Positions 32,092-44,110 are shown, numbered from the stretch's first letter. The stretch is DNA of 64,000 bases from Deltaproteobacteria bacterium (GCA_052390235.1 JBQTHB010000002.1:480001-544000); one strand, 5' to 3'. Made by a program: numbers and translations. The notes: generated by a model from the sequence alone, not told the origin.

Positions 32092-32820
32092 CTATGTGTT
32101 GCTGCTACCCGCACAGCACAGAATCATCTCTCTTACGGCCCTTTCCATCCCCACTATGACGGCGCGGGAGACGATGCTGTGTCCGATGTTTAGCTCCTCG
32201 ACCCCTTTAATCGAGGCTACATCTCTTGTGTTCGTGTAATTTAGCCCGTGTCCGGCGGCGGCCCGGAGGTTTAGGGAAACGGCGGCGGCGATGGCATCTT
32301 CAATTTTTATAAGCTCTCTATACATTTCGGATTCCGTTTTTGCATCGGCGTAAAGCCCGGTGTGGATTTCAACCATATTCGCCCCCGCATCTGCGCAAGC
32401 CTCGATTTGCTCCCTGTCCGGGTCAATAAAGAGGCTCACAAATATCCCTCCGCTTTTAAGCTCCCTCACGGCGTCGGCTATTTCCCTGCTAAAGCCGGCT
32501 ACGTTCAGCCCGCCCTCGGTTGTAAGCTCCTGCCTCTTCTCAGGCACTAGGGTCGCCATCTGGGGTTTTATCTCGCGGGCGATTTGTATCATTGCATCCG
32601 TTGCCGCCATCTCCAGATTGAGCTTTGTCTTGACGGTTCTGCGCAGGATTTGGAGGTCTCTGTCCTGAATGTGGCGTCTGTCCTCCCGCAGGTGAGCTAC
32701 AATTCCGTCTGCTCCGGCAAGCTCGGCGAGATACGCCGCAAGCACGGGGTCGGGCTCAGCCCCTCCGCGCGCCTGTCTGACGGTTGCCACGTGGTCAATG
32801 TTTACGTTCAATTTTGGCAT
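32092..32820 (-). CDS. pdxJ: Pyridoxine 5'-phosphate synthase
   Basis: [39 protein letters not shown]. Confidence 0.97.
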   Translation of the reverse strand: MPKLNVNIDHVATVRQARGGAEPDPVLAAYLAELAGADGIVAHLREDRRHIQDRDLQILRRTVKTKLNLEMAATDAMIQIAREIKPQMATLVPEKRQELTTEGGLNVAGFSREIADAVRELKSGGIFVSLFIDPDREQIEACADAGANMVEIHTGLYADAKTESEMYRELIKIEDAIAAAVSLNLRAAAGHGLNYTNTRDVASIKGVEELNIGHSIVSRAVIVGMERAVREMILCCAGSSNT

Positions 32821-32827
32821 CGTGAAT

Positions 32828-34186
32828 TTATCCGAGATGTTTCTCTATGAGGGATGAAATGTCGTTTGCTATTTCAGCAATGAGGATTTCGCACTCGCCC
32901 TCGACCATGACCCGCGCCAGTGGCTCTGTTCCTGAATATCTGAGATTGATTCTGCCTCTGCCGCCCAGTTTCTTGGAGCAGGAGTCGAATAGAGTCCCGA
33001 TGTCCGGTATATCGTTAAACGGTTTTTTGCTCTTCACGCGGACACTGACTAGGGTTTGGGGGAAAGGCTCGATAATTTTGGATAACTCCGAGAGGGGTCT
33101 GCCGCGTTGCTTCATGACCGCGAGTATTTGAAGGGCGGCAAGGGTGCCGTCTCCTGTGGTGTTGTGGCTTAAGAATATGATGTGTCCCGATTTCTCGCCT
33201 CCGAAATTCGACCCGCGCCGCTTCATTTCATCCACCACGTAGCGGTCTCCAACGGGGGTTCGCACGAAATTTGCCCGGGACTCCCTCACAAACGCCTCGA
33301 GAGCCATATTGCTCATTATCGTCGCTACCACCGTGTTATTCGAGAGCGAGCCTGATTTTATCAGCTCGTCCGCGCAGATAGCCATGATTTTATCCCCATC
33401 CACCTCCGCGCCTTTCTCGTCTGAGAATATGACCCTGTCGGCGTCTCCGTCGAGAGCTATGCCTATATCCGCCCCCGCCTCAACGACTTTTTGCTTTAGC
33501 AGGTCGGGATAGAGCGCCCCGCATTTCGCATTGATGTTTTTTCCATTTGGGCTAGCTCCAATGACGGTTACGCTCGCCCCAAGTTCCTCAAACACCAGAG
33601 GCGCAACCCTATATGCCGCTCCGTTGGCGCAGTCAAGCACGATTTTGATTCCCTCAAGCGTTATATCTCGCGGGAAAGTGTTCTTTACAAAAACAACATA
33701 GCGCCCCCTGGCGTCCTCGATTCTAAAGGCTTTGCCGATTTCTCCAGCGGGCGCAAAGAGCTTTTCAGCCTCTCCGCTCAACATAGCGCGCTCGATTTCG
33801 AGCTCTTTTTCATCCGGTAGCTTAAACCCGAACCTGTCAAAAATTTTGATGCCGTTGTCTTCGTAGGGATTATGCGAGGCTGATATGACCACTCCGGCGT
33901 CTGCCCTCATGCTTCCGGTAAGAAAGGCTATTGCCGGTGTAGGCAGAGGGCCTACGAGAAGCACATCTCCGCCCACGGAGGCAATGCCGGCGGAAAGCGC
34001 CTGCTCGAACATATACCCGGAGAGCCTAGTGTCCTTGCCTATGACTACTTTCGGGCGGCGTGAATCTTTCAGCACATGGGTTAGGGCTTTTCCGAGCCTC
34101 AGGCTCATCTCAGGGGTCATGGGCTCGCAGTTTGCAATCCCTCTAACGCCGTCTGTTCCGAATAGTGTCCTGCCGTTCTCAGACAA
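32828..34186 (-). CDS. glmM: Phosphoglucosamine mutase
   Basis: [34 protein letters not shown]. Confidence 0.97.
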   Translation of the reverse strand: MSENGRTLFGTDGVRGIANCEPMTPEMSLRLGKALTHVLKDSRRPKVVIGKDTRLSGYMFEQALSAGIASVGGDVLLVGPLPTPAIAFLTGSMRADAGVVISASHNPYEDNGIKIFDRFGFKLPDEKELEIERAMLSGEAEKLFAPAGEIGKAFRIEDARGRYVVFVKNTFPRDITLEGIKIVLDCANGAAYRVAPLVFEELGASVTVIGASPNGKNINAKCGALYPDLLKQKVVEAGADIGIALDGDADRVIFSDEKGAEVDGDKIMAICADELIKSGSLSNNTVVATIMSNMALEAFVRESRANFVRTPVGDRYVVDEMKRRGSNFGGEKSGHIIFLSHNTTGDGTLAALQILAVMKQRGRPLSELSKIIEPFPQTLVSVRVKSKKPFNDIPDIGTLFDSCSKKLGGRGRINLRYSGTEPLARVMVEGECEILIAEIANDISSLIEKHLG

Positions 34187-34208
34187 TTTTGTGGTCTCCT
34201 GAGTAAGA

Positions 34209-35174
34209 TTAGTTCAATCTGATTTCAACCGAGTCGGGAAACATTTTCTTAAGCACTAGAGTCTCTTTGGCGGGAAAGCTCACGTTGATCTTGAGCCTCT
34301 CGGATTTCTTCTTTCCGTTTTCAACACCGCTTCCGTCAACAAAAACGTTTATATCGCCGCTATTTAGGTCTTTTATAATGCTGTACCGCCCCTCAAATTC
34401 GAGTTCTGCCTTCAATCCGCCAAGAGGGGTAAATTTAACGCCGCTAAAGTTTACGAAATTTATTTCAATATCCTTAAACTCCTTAGCTACGGTTATCTCC
34501 TTAATATTTACTGTAACCCTCGCCGTCTCGTTTCCCACAATTCTCACCAGGGAATTCGGAGTTTTGAGTGGAACTTGTATGGTGAATTCGGTTCTGACCC
34601 CCACGGTGGGGACAAGGTCGGTGGATACGCTCTCGATTTTCGAGAGAATCCTTGCAGGCCCCTTGATTTTTATCTTTGACGGGGATACTTTTGTCTCGCT
34701 TGCCACTTCAAAGCCCTCGTCTGTCTCTCCCACCACGGGATTTACTCTCACCTCTTTTTCTTCGAGCTTATCGGCTTCAACCTCGATTAATCCCGGGCTA
34801 ACGCCAGTAACCTGAACGCCGCGAGGAACTTTTATTTGATCCGTTAGGATCTCAAATTTAGACACGCCCGGGGTGATATTGCCAATATCAAGCGAATACG
34901 CAAAGTCGCTTGGCGAGAATGAGGTCAGCTTAGCGCGCGGCCCGCGGATGCTCAAATTGAGCTTTTCCGCAGGCTTGTTGACTATAATTAACTCCTCCGA
35001 GAGGTTTGAGTAATTTACTTCAACCGCAACGCTTTTTTCAATTTCGTTTTCCATGTTGGCGACAAACCAAAGGGATATGCCGACGACGATGGCGAGGAGC
35101 TTCTTTCCTATATTTTCAAATAGGATATTTCTCCGCCATTCTGAGGATTTCCCTTTTTTCTCAGCCTTTGCCAA
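34209..35174 (-). CDS. cdaR: CdaR/YbbR-domain protein
   Basis: N-terminal TM ([12 protein letters not shown]) plus repeated YbbR-like units; lies between cdaA and glmM. Confidence 0.85.
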   Translation of the reverse strand: MAKAEKKGKSSEWRRNILFENIGKKLLAIVVGISLWFVANMENEIEKSVAVEVNYSNLSEELIIVNKPAEKLNLSIRGPRAKLTSFSPSDFAYSLDIGNITPGVSKFEILTDQIKVPRGVQVTGVSPGLIEVEADKLEEKEVRVNPVVGETDEGFEVASETKVSPSKIKIKGPARILSKIESVSTDLVPTVGVRTEFTIQVPLKTPNSLVRIVGNETARVTVNIKEITVAKEFKDIEINFVNFSGVKFTPLGGLKAELEFEGRYSIIKDLNSGDINVFVDGSGVENGKKKSERLKINVSFPAKETLVLKKMFPDSVEIRLN

Positions 35175-36000
35175 CTTTTTCGGCTCCTGATTTTCTTCTT
35201 AGCATACGCTTGAAAAAGCTGTAGCCTCTGTTCTGCTCCCTTTTAATTTCGAGCAGTTCAATGAGACGGTTATTGAGGGACGTTGCGTCCAAGCCCCTTG
35301 TCAGAGCGCTGCTGTGGGCTAGGGATATAGCGCCAGTTTCTTCAGAAACTATGATAATTATAGCATCGGTTTCTCTCGAAAGCCCGATGGCGGCCCTGTG
35401 TCTCGTGCCGAGTTCTCTGCCCATATCGGGGTCTGTGGCAAGGGGGAAAAACGACCCCGCGGACAGAATTCTATTGCTTTTTATTATCATCCCTCCGTCG
35501 TGAAGCGGGGACGAGGTATGAAATATGCTTACAATAACCTCTCTGGACACTATGGCGTCGAGCTTCATCCCTATCTCTACGAAATCCGCGAGGCTATTTT
35601 TTCCTTCAATTGCAATGAGCGCGCCAATTTTGCGGCTTGCCAGCAGGCTGGTGGCTTTGACTATCTCGCTAATGACGTTTTCCTCTTCCGTCCCTCCTGA
35701 TGAAAGGGTAACTAGAAGCGGGTTTTTGCCGAGCGTGATGAGCGCTTTTCGTATATCGTTCTGGAATAGAATTACCACAATCAGTATTATCGAGCCGAGG
35801 AAATGCCCAAGTATCCAATTGAGCGTGAAAAACTCGCCCACCTGCGAGAGCATATATAGCCCCGATACCACGCCGAGTCCGAAGAGGACTTGAGCCGCTC
35901 TGGTCTTCTCGATGAGGCTCAGTATGTAGTAAACGATAAGCGCTACAAAAACTATGTCGAGGGCGTCGCGGTATTTAAAATTAGCTATAACATCAAACAT
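35161..36000 (-). CDS. cdaA: Diadenylate cyclase CdaA
   Basis: Three TM helices, SPLHDGG, LGTRHRAA, VSEETG. Confidence 0.95.
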   Translation of the reverse strand: MFDVIANFKYRDALDIVFVALIVYYILSLIEKTRAAQVLFGLGVVSGLYMLSQVGEFFTLNWILGHFLGSIILIVVILFQNDIRKALITLGKNPLLVTLSSGGTEEENVISEIVKATSLLASRKIGALIAIEGKNSLADFVEIGMKLDAIVSREVIVSIFHTSSPLHDGGMIIKSNRILSAGSFFPLATDPDMGRELGTRHRAAIGLSRETDAIIIIVSEETGAISLAHSSALTRGLDATSLNNRLIELLEIKREQNRGYSFFKRMLRRKSGAEKVGKG

Positions 36001-36036
36001 TGCCGATAAAATCCCCCTCCGCTTAGTTGCCGACTT

Positions 36037-36945
36037 TCAGCTTTCCATAACCGCGTCTGCTATGAGCGCGGCGCGCCTTGCCTGAAGCACGTCGTGAACC
36101 CTCACTACGGACGCCCCGTTCATAATCCCTATCGCCACAGTCGCCAGCGTCCCCTCGGCGCGGTCTTCTATGCGCTCTGCTCCGAGAACCCTGCCAATGA
36201 ATGACTTCCTCGATGTCCCTATTAAAATTGGTTTTCCGAGCCGCAGAAACTCTCCGAGCCGCTTTAGTAGCTCTAAATTCTGCTCCGGCGTTTTTCCAAA
36301 TCCGAACCCCGGGTCAATTAAAATACTATCGGGCATCACTCCCTGCCTGTGCGCAAGCTCTATGGATTCCCTGAGCGAGCCGGCTATATCCCCTACGAGC
36401 GAGCCATAATTCACTCTGCGTTGCATATCCCTAGGGCGCGAGGGCGTGTGCATAATTATAAGTCCCGATTTATATTTTGCGGCGACCTCGGCGATTTGAG
36501 GCTCGAATTTAAGCCCGCTTACGTCGTTTACAATTGCCGCCCCTTCTCTGAGCGCCTGCTCGGCTACTGCCGCCTTAGTTGTATCTATTGATATAGCAAC
36601 GCTGAAGCGCCGCACAATCTCTCGGATTACCGGAATTACGCGCCCCAACTCCTCCCCTTCGGACACCGCATCTGAGCCGGGCTTTGTTGATTCCCCCCCG
36701 ACGTCAATAATATCCGCCCCCTCGGCTATCATTATTTCTACCTGTTTTAAGGATTTGTCAAGCTCTGTGAATCTGCCGCCGTCGGAGAACGAATCCGGGG
36801 TAACGTTGAGAATTCCCATAATTCTCGTCTCTCTGCCTAGGGTTAACTCTCTGCCGCGGAATTTAAATATCGAAATGGGGCGTTCTGCGTGCTTGGCAGA
36901 TTGTTCGGGCAATGATGAGGATATGGGATTTTTAATTAAATCCAT
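36037..36945 (-). CDS. folP: Dihydropteroate synthase
   Basis: MGILNVTPDSFSDGG, DPGFGFGK, GTSRKS, VRVHDV. Confidence 0.97.
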   Translation of the reverse strand: MDLIKNPISSSLPEQSAKHAERPISIFKFRGRELTLGRETRIMGILNVTPDSFSDGGRFTELDKSLKQVEIMIAEGADIIDVGGESTKPGSDAVSEGEELGRVIPVIREIVRRFSVAISIDTTKAAVAEQALREGAAIVNDVSGLKFEPQIAEVAAKYKSGLIIMHTPSRPRDMQRRVNYGSLVGDIAGSLRESIELAHRQGVMPDSILIDPGFGFGKTPEQNLELLKRLGEFLRLGKPILIGTSRKSFIGRVLGAERIEDRAEGTLATVAIGIMNGASVVRVHDVLQARRAALIADAVMES

Positions 36946-37009
36946 TTAACCCTGGAGGATCGCCATCTTGGGCGGCATCGGAAATCCGGCGCGGGGGATT
37001 TTTTGATTG

Positions 37010-38920
37010 TTATGTATTATCGCTGGAGGATGCGCCCCGCAACGCTACTGACGGGGTAAGACTACCGCTTGCTCCTCCCCCCTCCCAAGTGGATGAGGGC
37101 GGAGGCGTGGTTTGGGGTTTTGCCTGCTTTACTATGTCTTCGAGTTCTTTGCTGTCGAGTACTTCTTTTTCAAGAAGGGCGGCGGCTACTCTGTGCAGCA
37201 GGTCTATATCTCTCTCTAGGAGCGACTTGGCTTTGCTATAGCTGTCGTTGATGATTTTTGTGATTTCGCGGTCAATTTCCACTGCCGTCGCTTCGCTGTA
37301 GTCCTTATGGCGGGACAACTCTTTGCCGAGGAATATCTGGTCTTCTTTTTTGCCGAAGTTCACGGGCCCAATTTTATCGCTCATTCCCCACTCACAGATC
37401 ATCCTGCGGGCAATTTCGGTTACGCGCTCGAGGTCGTTGCCTGCGCCGCTGGTTTTCTCGTTGAATATAATCTCTTCCGCTGCCCTTCCGCCGAGAAGCA
37501 CGAGGATTGTGTTATACAGATAGGTCTTGGAAAGAGTGTATTTGTCCTCTATGGGAAGCTGCTGCGTTACGCCGAGCGCGAGCCCCCTTGGGATGATAGT
37601 AACCTTATGAATCGGGTCTGTGCCGGGTGTGAGCTTTGCCACGAGGGCGTGTCCGGCTTCGTGGTAGGCGGTAATTCTCTTCTCGTGGTCGCTTATTATC
37701 AGGCTCTTTCTCTCGACTCCCATGATGACCTTGTCTTTTGAGTATTCAAAATCATCCATGGTGAGCTTCGCTCTTCCGAGCCGCGCGGCGTGGAGAGCCG
37801 ATTCATTTACTAGGTTTTCTAAGTCCGCGCCTGAAAATCCGGGGGTTGACCTCGCAATGACGGCTAATTTGACTGTCTCGTCAACCGGAGTGTCTTTAGT
37901 GTGTACTTTGAGGATTTCCTCTCTCCCCCTCACGTCAGGTCTCGGAACCACCACCTGGCGGTCGAACCTTCCGGGTCTGAGAAGAGCGGGGTCAAGCACA
38001 TCCGGGCGGTTTGTTGCGGCAATGACGATGATCCCTTCATTCGCCTCAAATCCATCCATCTCGACCAGAAGCTGGTTTAGGGTCTGCTCTCTCTCGTCAT
38101 GCCCTCCGCCGAGTCCCGCGCCTCTGTGCCGCCCTACGGCATCAAGCTCGTCAACGAATATAATGCAGGGCGAATGACGCTTTGCCTGCGCAAATAGGTC
38201 TCTCACTCTCGACGCGCCGACCCCTACGAACATCTCTACAAAATCGCTTCCGCTGATGATGAAAAACGGGACTCCCGCTTCCCCGGCAATGGCTTTGGCG
38301 AGGAGAGTTTTTCCTGTTCCCGGCGGCCCGACAAGGAGAATGCCCTTGGGGATGCGCCCTCCGAGGCGGGTGAATTTCTTTGGATTTTTGAGGAATTCGA
38401 CGATTTCCTGAACCTCTTCTTTTGCCTCGTCAATTCCAGCGACGTCTTTAAAGGTGGTTTTGTTCTGATTTTCGGTGAGCATACGGGCGCGGCTCTTGCC
38501 AAAGGACATGGCTTTCGTGCCGCCTGCCTGGAGCTGCCTCATAAATATGAACATTATGGCTATGAGTATTATGAGCGGAGCCCAGTTAAATAGTATCTGC
38601 ACGAGAGTGCCTTCTTTGTTCTCGGCAAATTTAAAGGCGACGTTCTTGTCGCTTAGGGTTTTCAATAGGTCGTCGTTTGCCGGACCTACGGTCTTAAAGC
38701 CTTGACTGAGCTCGTTTTTCTTTATTGAATAAGTCCCTTTAATAGCCTCCCCGCTGAACTCTACCTCTTTAATCTCTCCATTTTTGAGGCTCAGTATAAA
38801 TTCGCTATAGGGGATTTCGACGCTCCCAGTCTTGGGGGTCTGGATGAGTTGATAAAGGGCTATTATCGCCACGAAAATTACTACCCATAAAATTAAGTTC
38901 TTAAATAGCTGACTGCTCAC
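37010..38920 (-). CDS. ftsH: ATP-dependent zinc metalloprotease FtsH
   Basis: Two TMs, [19 protein letters not shown]. Confidence 0.98.
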   Translation of the reverse strand: MSSQLFKNLILWVVIFVAIIALYQLIQTPKTGSVEIPYSEFILSLKNGEIKEVEFSGEAIKGTYSIKKNELSQGFKTVGPANDDLLKTLSDKNVAFKFAENKEGTLVQILFNWAPLIILIAIMFIFMRQLQAGGTKAMSFGKSRARMLTENQNKTTFKDVAGIDEAKEEVQEIVEFLKNPKKFTRLGGRIPKGILLVGPPGTGKTLLAKAIAGEAGVPFFIISGSDFVEMFVGVGASRVRDLFAQAKRHSPCIIFVDELDAVGRHRGAGLGGGHDEREQTLNQLLVEMDGFEANEGIIVIAATNRPDVLDPALLRPGRFDRQVVVPRPDVRGREEILKVHTKDTPVDETVKLAVIARSTPGFSGADLENLVNESALHAARLGRAKLTMDDFEYSKDKVIMGVERKSLIISDHEKRITAYHEAGHALVAKLTPGTDPIHKVTIIPRGLALGVTQQLPIEDKYTLSKTYLYNTILVLLGGRAAEEIIFNEKTSGAGNDLERVTEIARRMICEWGMSDKIGPVNFGKKEDQIFLGKELSRHKDYSEATAVEIDREITKIINDSYSKAKSLLERDIDLLHRVAAALLEKEVLDSKELEDIVKQAKPQTTPPPSSTWEGGGASGSLTPSVALRGASSSDNT

Positions 38921-39127
38921 TATATACCCTCTAATTTATTGGAAATTACCCTCAAAACAAGAATAGCACACATAACGGACATTTCAATATTTTTTGCCTC
39001 GAGAGGATTAGTCAGCCCGTTTTCGCCGCTTCTCTAATCACTGCGCGAATATCTGAAATATTAGTTATTAGAATACGTGGGTGAGCCCAACGGGGTTCGT
39101 CGCGCGGCGGCTCTTTTAGAGCTATTC

Positions 39128-40078
39128 TCATGATGCGCCGCAGGGGCTCTCGCCAAATACTCCGGTGCTTAAATACCTCTCTCCGGTGTCGCAGAATATG
39201 GTCAAAACCTGTTTCCCCCTGCCTAGCCGCTCGGCCACCCGTACAGCGGCAAGCGCCGCCGCCCCTGCTGAGATTCCGATGAGCAGTCCCTCCTGCCTCG
39301 CTATGAGTTTGGTGAATGCGCGCGCTTCTCTGCCCGTTATCTGCATTATCTCGTTATAGACGTTGCTGAGGGTGTCTGGGATGAAGCCCGCTCCGATGCC
39401 CTGAATGTCGTGAACCCCGGCCCTTCCTCCTGACAGCACGGCGGATTCGGCAGGCTCTACGGCTACGATGTGTATATCGGGGAATCTCCTCTTTAGAACC
39501 TCGCCTACGCCGCTGATAGTGCCTCCGGTTCCTACTCCGGCTACGAATGCGTCAATATTGCCCTCGATTTGCTCTAAGATTTCGGGGCCCGTGGTGAGCC
39601 TGTGGGTCTCGGGGTTCGAGGGGTTTTTAAATTGCTGCGGCATATAAGCGGATTTATTCTCGGAGGCTATCTGCTCTGCTCTTCTTACGGCGCCCTGCAT
39701 TTTTTCATCCGCCGGAGTAAGCGCCAATTCCGCGCCGTAAGCCTTGAGCAGAAGCCGCCTTTCAAGACTCATGTCATCGGGCATTGTGAGGATGAGTTTA
39801 TAACCCTTGACGGAGCATACTAGGGCGAGTCCAATGCCGGTATTGCCACTTGTAGGCTCCACTATTATATTCCTCGACGGGTGGATTAGCCCTGCTCTCT
39901 CGGCGTCTTCAATCATCTTGAGGCATATCCGCTCCTTGATGCTTCCGCCCGGATTTAAGTTCTCCAGCTTTGCCCAGACCGCCGCCGCCCCTTCGGGAAC
40001 GACCTTCCTGAGTCTCACAAGGGGGGTCGCGCCGACCAAATCTAAAATGCTGTTCACTACGGTGTTTCTACTCGGCAT
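39128..40078 (-). CDS. cysK: Cysteine synthase
   Basis: KLENLNPGGSIKER, PTSGNTG, GVGTGGT, IQGIG, DTGERYLST. Confidence 0.94.
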   Translation of the reverse strand: MPSRNTVVNSILDLVGATPLVRLRKVVPEGAAAVWAKLENLNPGGSIKERICLKMIEDAERAGLIHPSRNIIVEPTSGNTGIGLALVCSVKGYKLILTMPDDMSLERRLLLKAYGAELALTPADEKMQGAVRRAEQIASENKSAYMPQQFKNPSNPETHRLTTGPEILEQIEGNIDAFVAGVGTGGTISGVGEVLKRRFPDIHIVAVEPAESAVLSGGRAGVHDIQGIGAGFIPDTLSNVYNEIMQITGREARAFTKLIARQEGLLIGISAGAAALAAVRVAERLGRGKQVLTIFCDTGERYLSTGVFGESPCGAS

Positions 40079-40085
40079 GGGGGAG

Positions 40086-40283
40086 TTATTTCACTATTAA
40101 AGGCAGGATTTCGGCAAGCGCCGATTGATTTCGCTTTACTATTGCCGCAAAAATCGGCTTGATGATTTCCCAAGGCGTGTCGGGCTTGCGTATCTCGTTT
40201 TTGAGCTTGAGCAGAATCCCCTTGAGTTCCTGGTCTTCAAGGCGACGTATGTAAACGTCGAAAGTGTTATCGGGTTCAGTCAT
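40086..40283 (-). CDS. Small hypothetical protein
   Basis: 65-aa ORF ending just before cysK; TGT-TATAAT 11 nt upstream. Confidence 0.6.
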   Translation of the reverse strand: MTEPDNTFDVYIRRLEDQELKGILLKLKNEIRKPDTPWEIIKPIFAAIVKRNQSALAEILPLIVK

Positions 40284-40455
40284 GATAGGCGGGGATTATA
40301 ACAGGTTCGCCGTTAAATTATAGATATATCTTGCGGATTGGCTGAAAAGTTATTAATTCAGATGCGGCCTCTGGGCGGCTCTGCCAATTCCAGAGGGATG
40401 AGCTATCAATTATTATACGAATCATATATAGACTATATCACAGGAGGAATTACAG

Positions 40456-40749
40456 ATGGAAAACATCTTTGACCACGGAATAACAGAGGACGAGCAGCGC
40501 GCAATATTCGATATGGTTTATAAGGACAGAGAAGTATATGACCTCTTCTTCTCCGCTGGCGGCGATACGAGTCTCGCTGACTTATTTAGCCTCTATATGC
40601 ACAGGGGGGATAAGAAAAAAGCCAAGACATTCCTCGCTAAAATCTCGAACAGAGAATACGCCGCCGACATCGCTTTGTTCTACGGACGCAGAGAGATGCT
40701 TAACGAGGAGGAGAAGGAGGAGAAAAAAGAGAAAAAGAAGAAGAAATAA
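40456..40749 (+). CDS. Hypothetical protein with E/K-rich tail
   Basis: Strong AGGAGG SD; 97 aa; no recognised motif. Confidence 0.65.
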   Translation: MENIFDHGITEDEQRAIFDMVYKDREVYDLFFSAGGDTSLADLFSLYMHRGDKKKAKTFLAKISNREYAADIALFYGRREMLNEEEKEEKKEKKKKK

Positions 40750-40952
40750 CAACCGAGCCGCCCTCGTCGCCTCGCTTCCACTCAAACTCCGCATCGAGCG
40801 CGCTAAGTTCGCTGTCTTCGATAACCCACTCATCGAAGACGGAATCCAGCCTCATCGAGACTCCGCTGAAGGAGTGAATAAATGCTCTTCCAAATAGGCT
40901 AAGGTTATACTTGATATTGGTTTTTTTAGGTTGTAACCTGATACGAGGGGAC

Positions 40953-43550
40953 ATGAAACTAACACAGAGATTGCTTTCTCGGCGCGCGCCGTCAATTTGG
41001 ATTTTAGCCGCATCGGTGGCGGTTTTCTGCCTTATGCTCTCTCCTTTTGCCGTCTATTGGTATTTCTCCCACGATTTGCCAGACCTCACAAATGTAACCG
41101 GCTACAGTCCGGCTTTGATGACTGAGGTATATGCAATTGACGGCTCTGTAGTAGCCGAATTTGGCGCGGAGAGACGTAAATTAATCCCTCTTAAGGAAAT
41201 TCCCCCTCATGTCCTAAATGCCTTTATAGCGATTGAAGATAAGAGATTTTTTGAACATAAGGGGGTTGATTACAGGAGCATATTCGCCGCCCTCGTGCAG
41301 AACATCCGAGAGGGAGAGATTATTAGAGGCGGAAGCACTATCACTCAGCAGGTGGCTAAAAACCTAGTGCTATCGCCAGAGAAGAGTCTCTCGCGCAAGA
41401 TTAAAGAGGCCCTCCTTGCCGAGCGGATGGAGCAGAACCTATCCAAGGATGAGATTCTCTATATTTATCTCAACCACATATACCTTGCCGATGGCAACTA
41501 CGGAATCGAGGCCGCAAGCAGGGGCTACTTCGGCAAGTCCTCAAGGGATATTAATCTCGCCGAAGCCGCTTTGCTAGCCGGTCTCCCGCGCTCTCCTGAG
41601 TATTACTCGCCGAGAAAAAATCTCCAACGAGCCGAGGATAGGCAAAAATTAGTCCTCCAGAAAATGCAGGAAGCAAAACTCATAACCGAGACTCGCAGAA
41701 AAGAAGCAGAAGCCTATCAAATCTCCATAGTTCCCAAAAGGGGCTTCAACCCCGACCACGCGTCCTACTACGTGGAATTTGTCAGGCAGTATCTGGAAAA
41801 TAAATTCGGCACTAAGTCCTTTCTCGAGGGCGGATATACCGTGTTTACCTCTCTGGATGTTGACCTCAGCCAAGCCGCCGCCAGAGCCGTAAGGGCTGGG
41901 GTGCTTGAGCTAGACGCTAGGCAGGGCAGAGGGGGGGGGATAGTTAAGCGTCTCGGTTCGGCCGCCGATATAGCTAAATTCAGGGCGTCCCAAAAAATTA
42001 GCGGTATTGAAGGGCTAGAAAAGGGAAAATCCTACGATGCCGTGGTGCTGGAAGTGAGCAAGGATGCGTCCGAGGGGGTGTTTATCGCCAAAGCCGGATT
42101 GGGGGAGCTAGAGGCTAGGTTTAGATTCTCTCTGGGTTTAGCCAAGGAATCGCCCGCCAAAAAGAAGCCGTTTCTAGAATCAAAAGGGCTAAGCGGCGTG
42201 GACGGCGTGCATCTGACAAACCGCAGTCCCAGAGTGGGCGATGTGATTAAAATTAAGATCCTCGGCGATAGGGGCGGCGAGCTATCTATCGCCCCAGAAT
42301 TTGCGCCCGGTTTTCAGGCGGCTCTCCTGGCGATGGATACGGAGGGATATGTAAAAGCCATGGCAGGCGGATTTGATTTTGCCGCCTCTCAGTTTAACCG
42401 CGCCGTTCAGGCCAAAAGACAGCCCGGCTCCTCATTTAAGCCGATTCTCTTTGCCGCCGCTCTTGACAAGGGTTACACCGAGACCACGACGGTCTATGAC
42501 GCTCCAGTTGTTATCAGGGACTGGAATCCACAAAACTACGATGGCAATTATCTGGGAGCTATTACGCTCAGAGAGGCTCTGGCAAAATCTAGGAATCTGG
42601 CAAGCGTCAGGATTATAATGGACATTGACCCGAGCTATGTCGTTGATTATGCGGGGAAATTTGAATTTACCTCGAGATTGAACCCCTATCCCTCGCTCGC
42701 CCTCGGAGGGGCGGAGGTTACGGTGCTGGAGATGGTCAAGGCGTTCAATGTTTTCGCTTCCGGCGGCAAGATGGTCGAGCCTAAATTTATTCTGCGCATT
42801 TATGATAGAAACGGGGATATTATCGAGGACAACACGAGAGGGTCTGGAGCGCTCAGCGAACTGTCCAGAAAGGTCGAGCGGGAGGGCAAGAGGCTTCAGA
42901 TTATAAAGCAAATCGCCAGGACCCTTGGCAGAGAGGATACAAATCATCCCGATGAGACCGAGTCCGCCCCACGCGTCGCTCAAGATGCAACAGAGCGGGA
43001 ATCTTCCATGTCGGAATTCCTAGACCAACTCAAGAGCAATTCCATGCAATTCTCGGATAAATCCGCCGAGCAGGTAATTAGCCCCGAAACCGCTTATATT
43101 ATGACAGACCTCATGCAGGCGGTTATTAAAGAAGGCACGGGGAGGGCCGCCCTTTCTCTTAGCTCGCAGGCTCCGGTAGCCGGAAAAACTGGAACTACCA
43201 ACGATTTTGCCGACGCCTGGTTTGTGGGCTATAGCCCGCGGATAGTTGCCGGCGTATGGGTGGGCAAGGACAACCATCAGCCCATCGGAAGGGGCGAAGT
43301 GGGAGGAAAAGCCGCTCTGCCCATTTGGGTAGCTTTTATGCGGGACGCGCTTGCCAAATTCCCCGGAGGCGAGTTTATATCGCCCGCCGGCATTAGAACT
43401 GTTGCCACTCCCTACGGCTCGATTCCCTATAAAGTTGACTCTTACGGAAATGCCGATGGGGCAGAACAGTTTGACAATGTCCCCGAATACGAATCGCCGC
43501 TGGGAGACTCCGATGAGGGGAGTGAGATTGATTTTCTCATAAGACGCTGA
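40953..43550 (+). CDS. Class A penicillin-binding protein 1A
   Basis: EDKRFFEH.G, GSTITQQ, RKIKE; transpeptidase SSFK, SRN, KTG; start MKLTQ after GAGGGG. Confidence 0.95.
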   Translation: MKLTQRLLSRRAPSIWILAASVAVFCLMLSPFAVYWYFSHDLPDLTNVTGYSPALMTEVYAIDGSVVAEFGAERRKLIPLKEIPPHVLNAFIAIEDKRFFEHKGVDYRSIFAALVQNIREGEIIRGGSTITQQVAKNLVLSPEKSLSRKIKEALLAERMEQNLSKDEILYIYLNHIYLADGNYGIEAASRGYFGKSSRDINLAEAALLAGLPRSPEYYSPRKNLQRAEDRQKLVLQKMQEAKLITETRRKEAEAYQISIVPKRGFNPDHASYYVEFVRQYLENKFGTKSFLEGGYTVFTSLDVDLSQAAARAVRAGVLELDARQGRGGGIVKRLGSAADIAKFRASQKISGIEGLEKGKSYDAVVLEVSKDASEGVFIAKAGLGELEARFRFSLGLAKESPAKKKPFLESKGLSGVDGVHLTNRSPRVGDVIKIKILGDRGGELSIAPEFAPGFQAALLAMDTEGYVKAMAGGFDFAASQFNRAVQAKRQPGSSFKPILFAAALDKGYTETTTVYDAPVVIRDWNPQNYDGNYLGAITLREALAKSRNLASVRIIMDIDPSYVVDYAGKFEFTSRLNPYPSLALGGAEVTVLEMVKAFNVFASGGKMVEPKFILRIYDRNGDIIEDNTRGSGALSELSRKVEREGKRLQIIKQIARTLGREDTNHPDETESAPRVAQDATERESSMSEFLDQLKSNSMQFSDKSAEQVISPETAYIMTDLMQAVIKEGTGRAALSLSSQAPVAGKTGTTNDFADAWFVGYSPRIVAGVWVGKDNHQPIGRGEVGGKAALPIWVAFMRDALAKFPGGEFISPAGIRTVATPYGSIPYKVDSYGNADGAEQFDNVPEYESPLGDSDEGSEIDFLIRR

Positions 43551-43576
43551 AATGGCAAGACCCCCAGCGCCGCGCT

Positions 43577-44110
43577 CTAGTCCAAGCTGGCTGAGTTTCT
43601 TAGGGCTTCGTATTTTTTTCTGCCTATCCCGCGCACGTCCATTAGTTCTTCGAGGCTCTTAAAAATGCCGTTTGCCTCTCTGTATTCAATAATCCGCCTC
43701 GCAAGCGATGGGCCTATCCCCGGGAGCGCTTCGAGTTCTCCCGCCGCCGCGGAATTTATCCCGATTTTTCCACCGAGCGCGATGGTTTTTTCCCCTTCCA
43801 TCCTTGAGCGCTCAATTTTGCCCCCCTCTGCGACGGTTAGACGGTCTCCGCTCCTGAATACCTTTTGTGTAAGCGGGTCTGACTTGCCGGAGGGTTTTAT
43901 ATCTTCCACTGGCACAACGACGGGGAACGCGCCATTATCAGATATTTCAACATAGACGCCGCTTTCTGATGTAGGCGGACTGGGGGGATTATCCAAACGG
44001 CTTTTCATGATGAATATGCCGAGGCACACCAGAGCCAAGCCGAGAACCGGGTTTCCCATCAGGGGCTTGAGGAGATTATTGGATTTGATATTGCTCTTAG
44101 AATGTCCCAC
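43577..44110 (-). CDS. comEA: ComEA-family helix-hairpin-helix DNA-binding protein
   Basis: INSA...LEALPGIGP.LA.RII.YR..NG.F...EELMDVRGIG; N-terminal TM; start may be 44059. Confidence 0.85.
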   Translation of the reverse strand: MGHSKSNIKSNNLLKPLMGNPVLGLALVCLGIFIMKSRLDNPPSPPTSESGVYVEISDNGAFPVVVPVEDIKPSGKSDPLTQKVFRSGDRLTVAEGGKIERSRMEGEKTIALGGKIGINSAAAGELEALPGIGPSLARRIIEYREANGIFKSLEELMDVRGIGRKKYEALRNSASLD

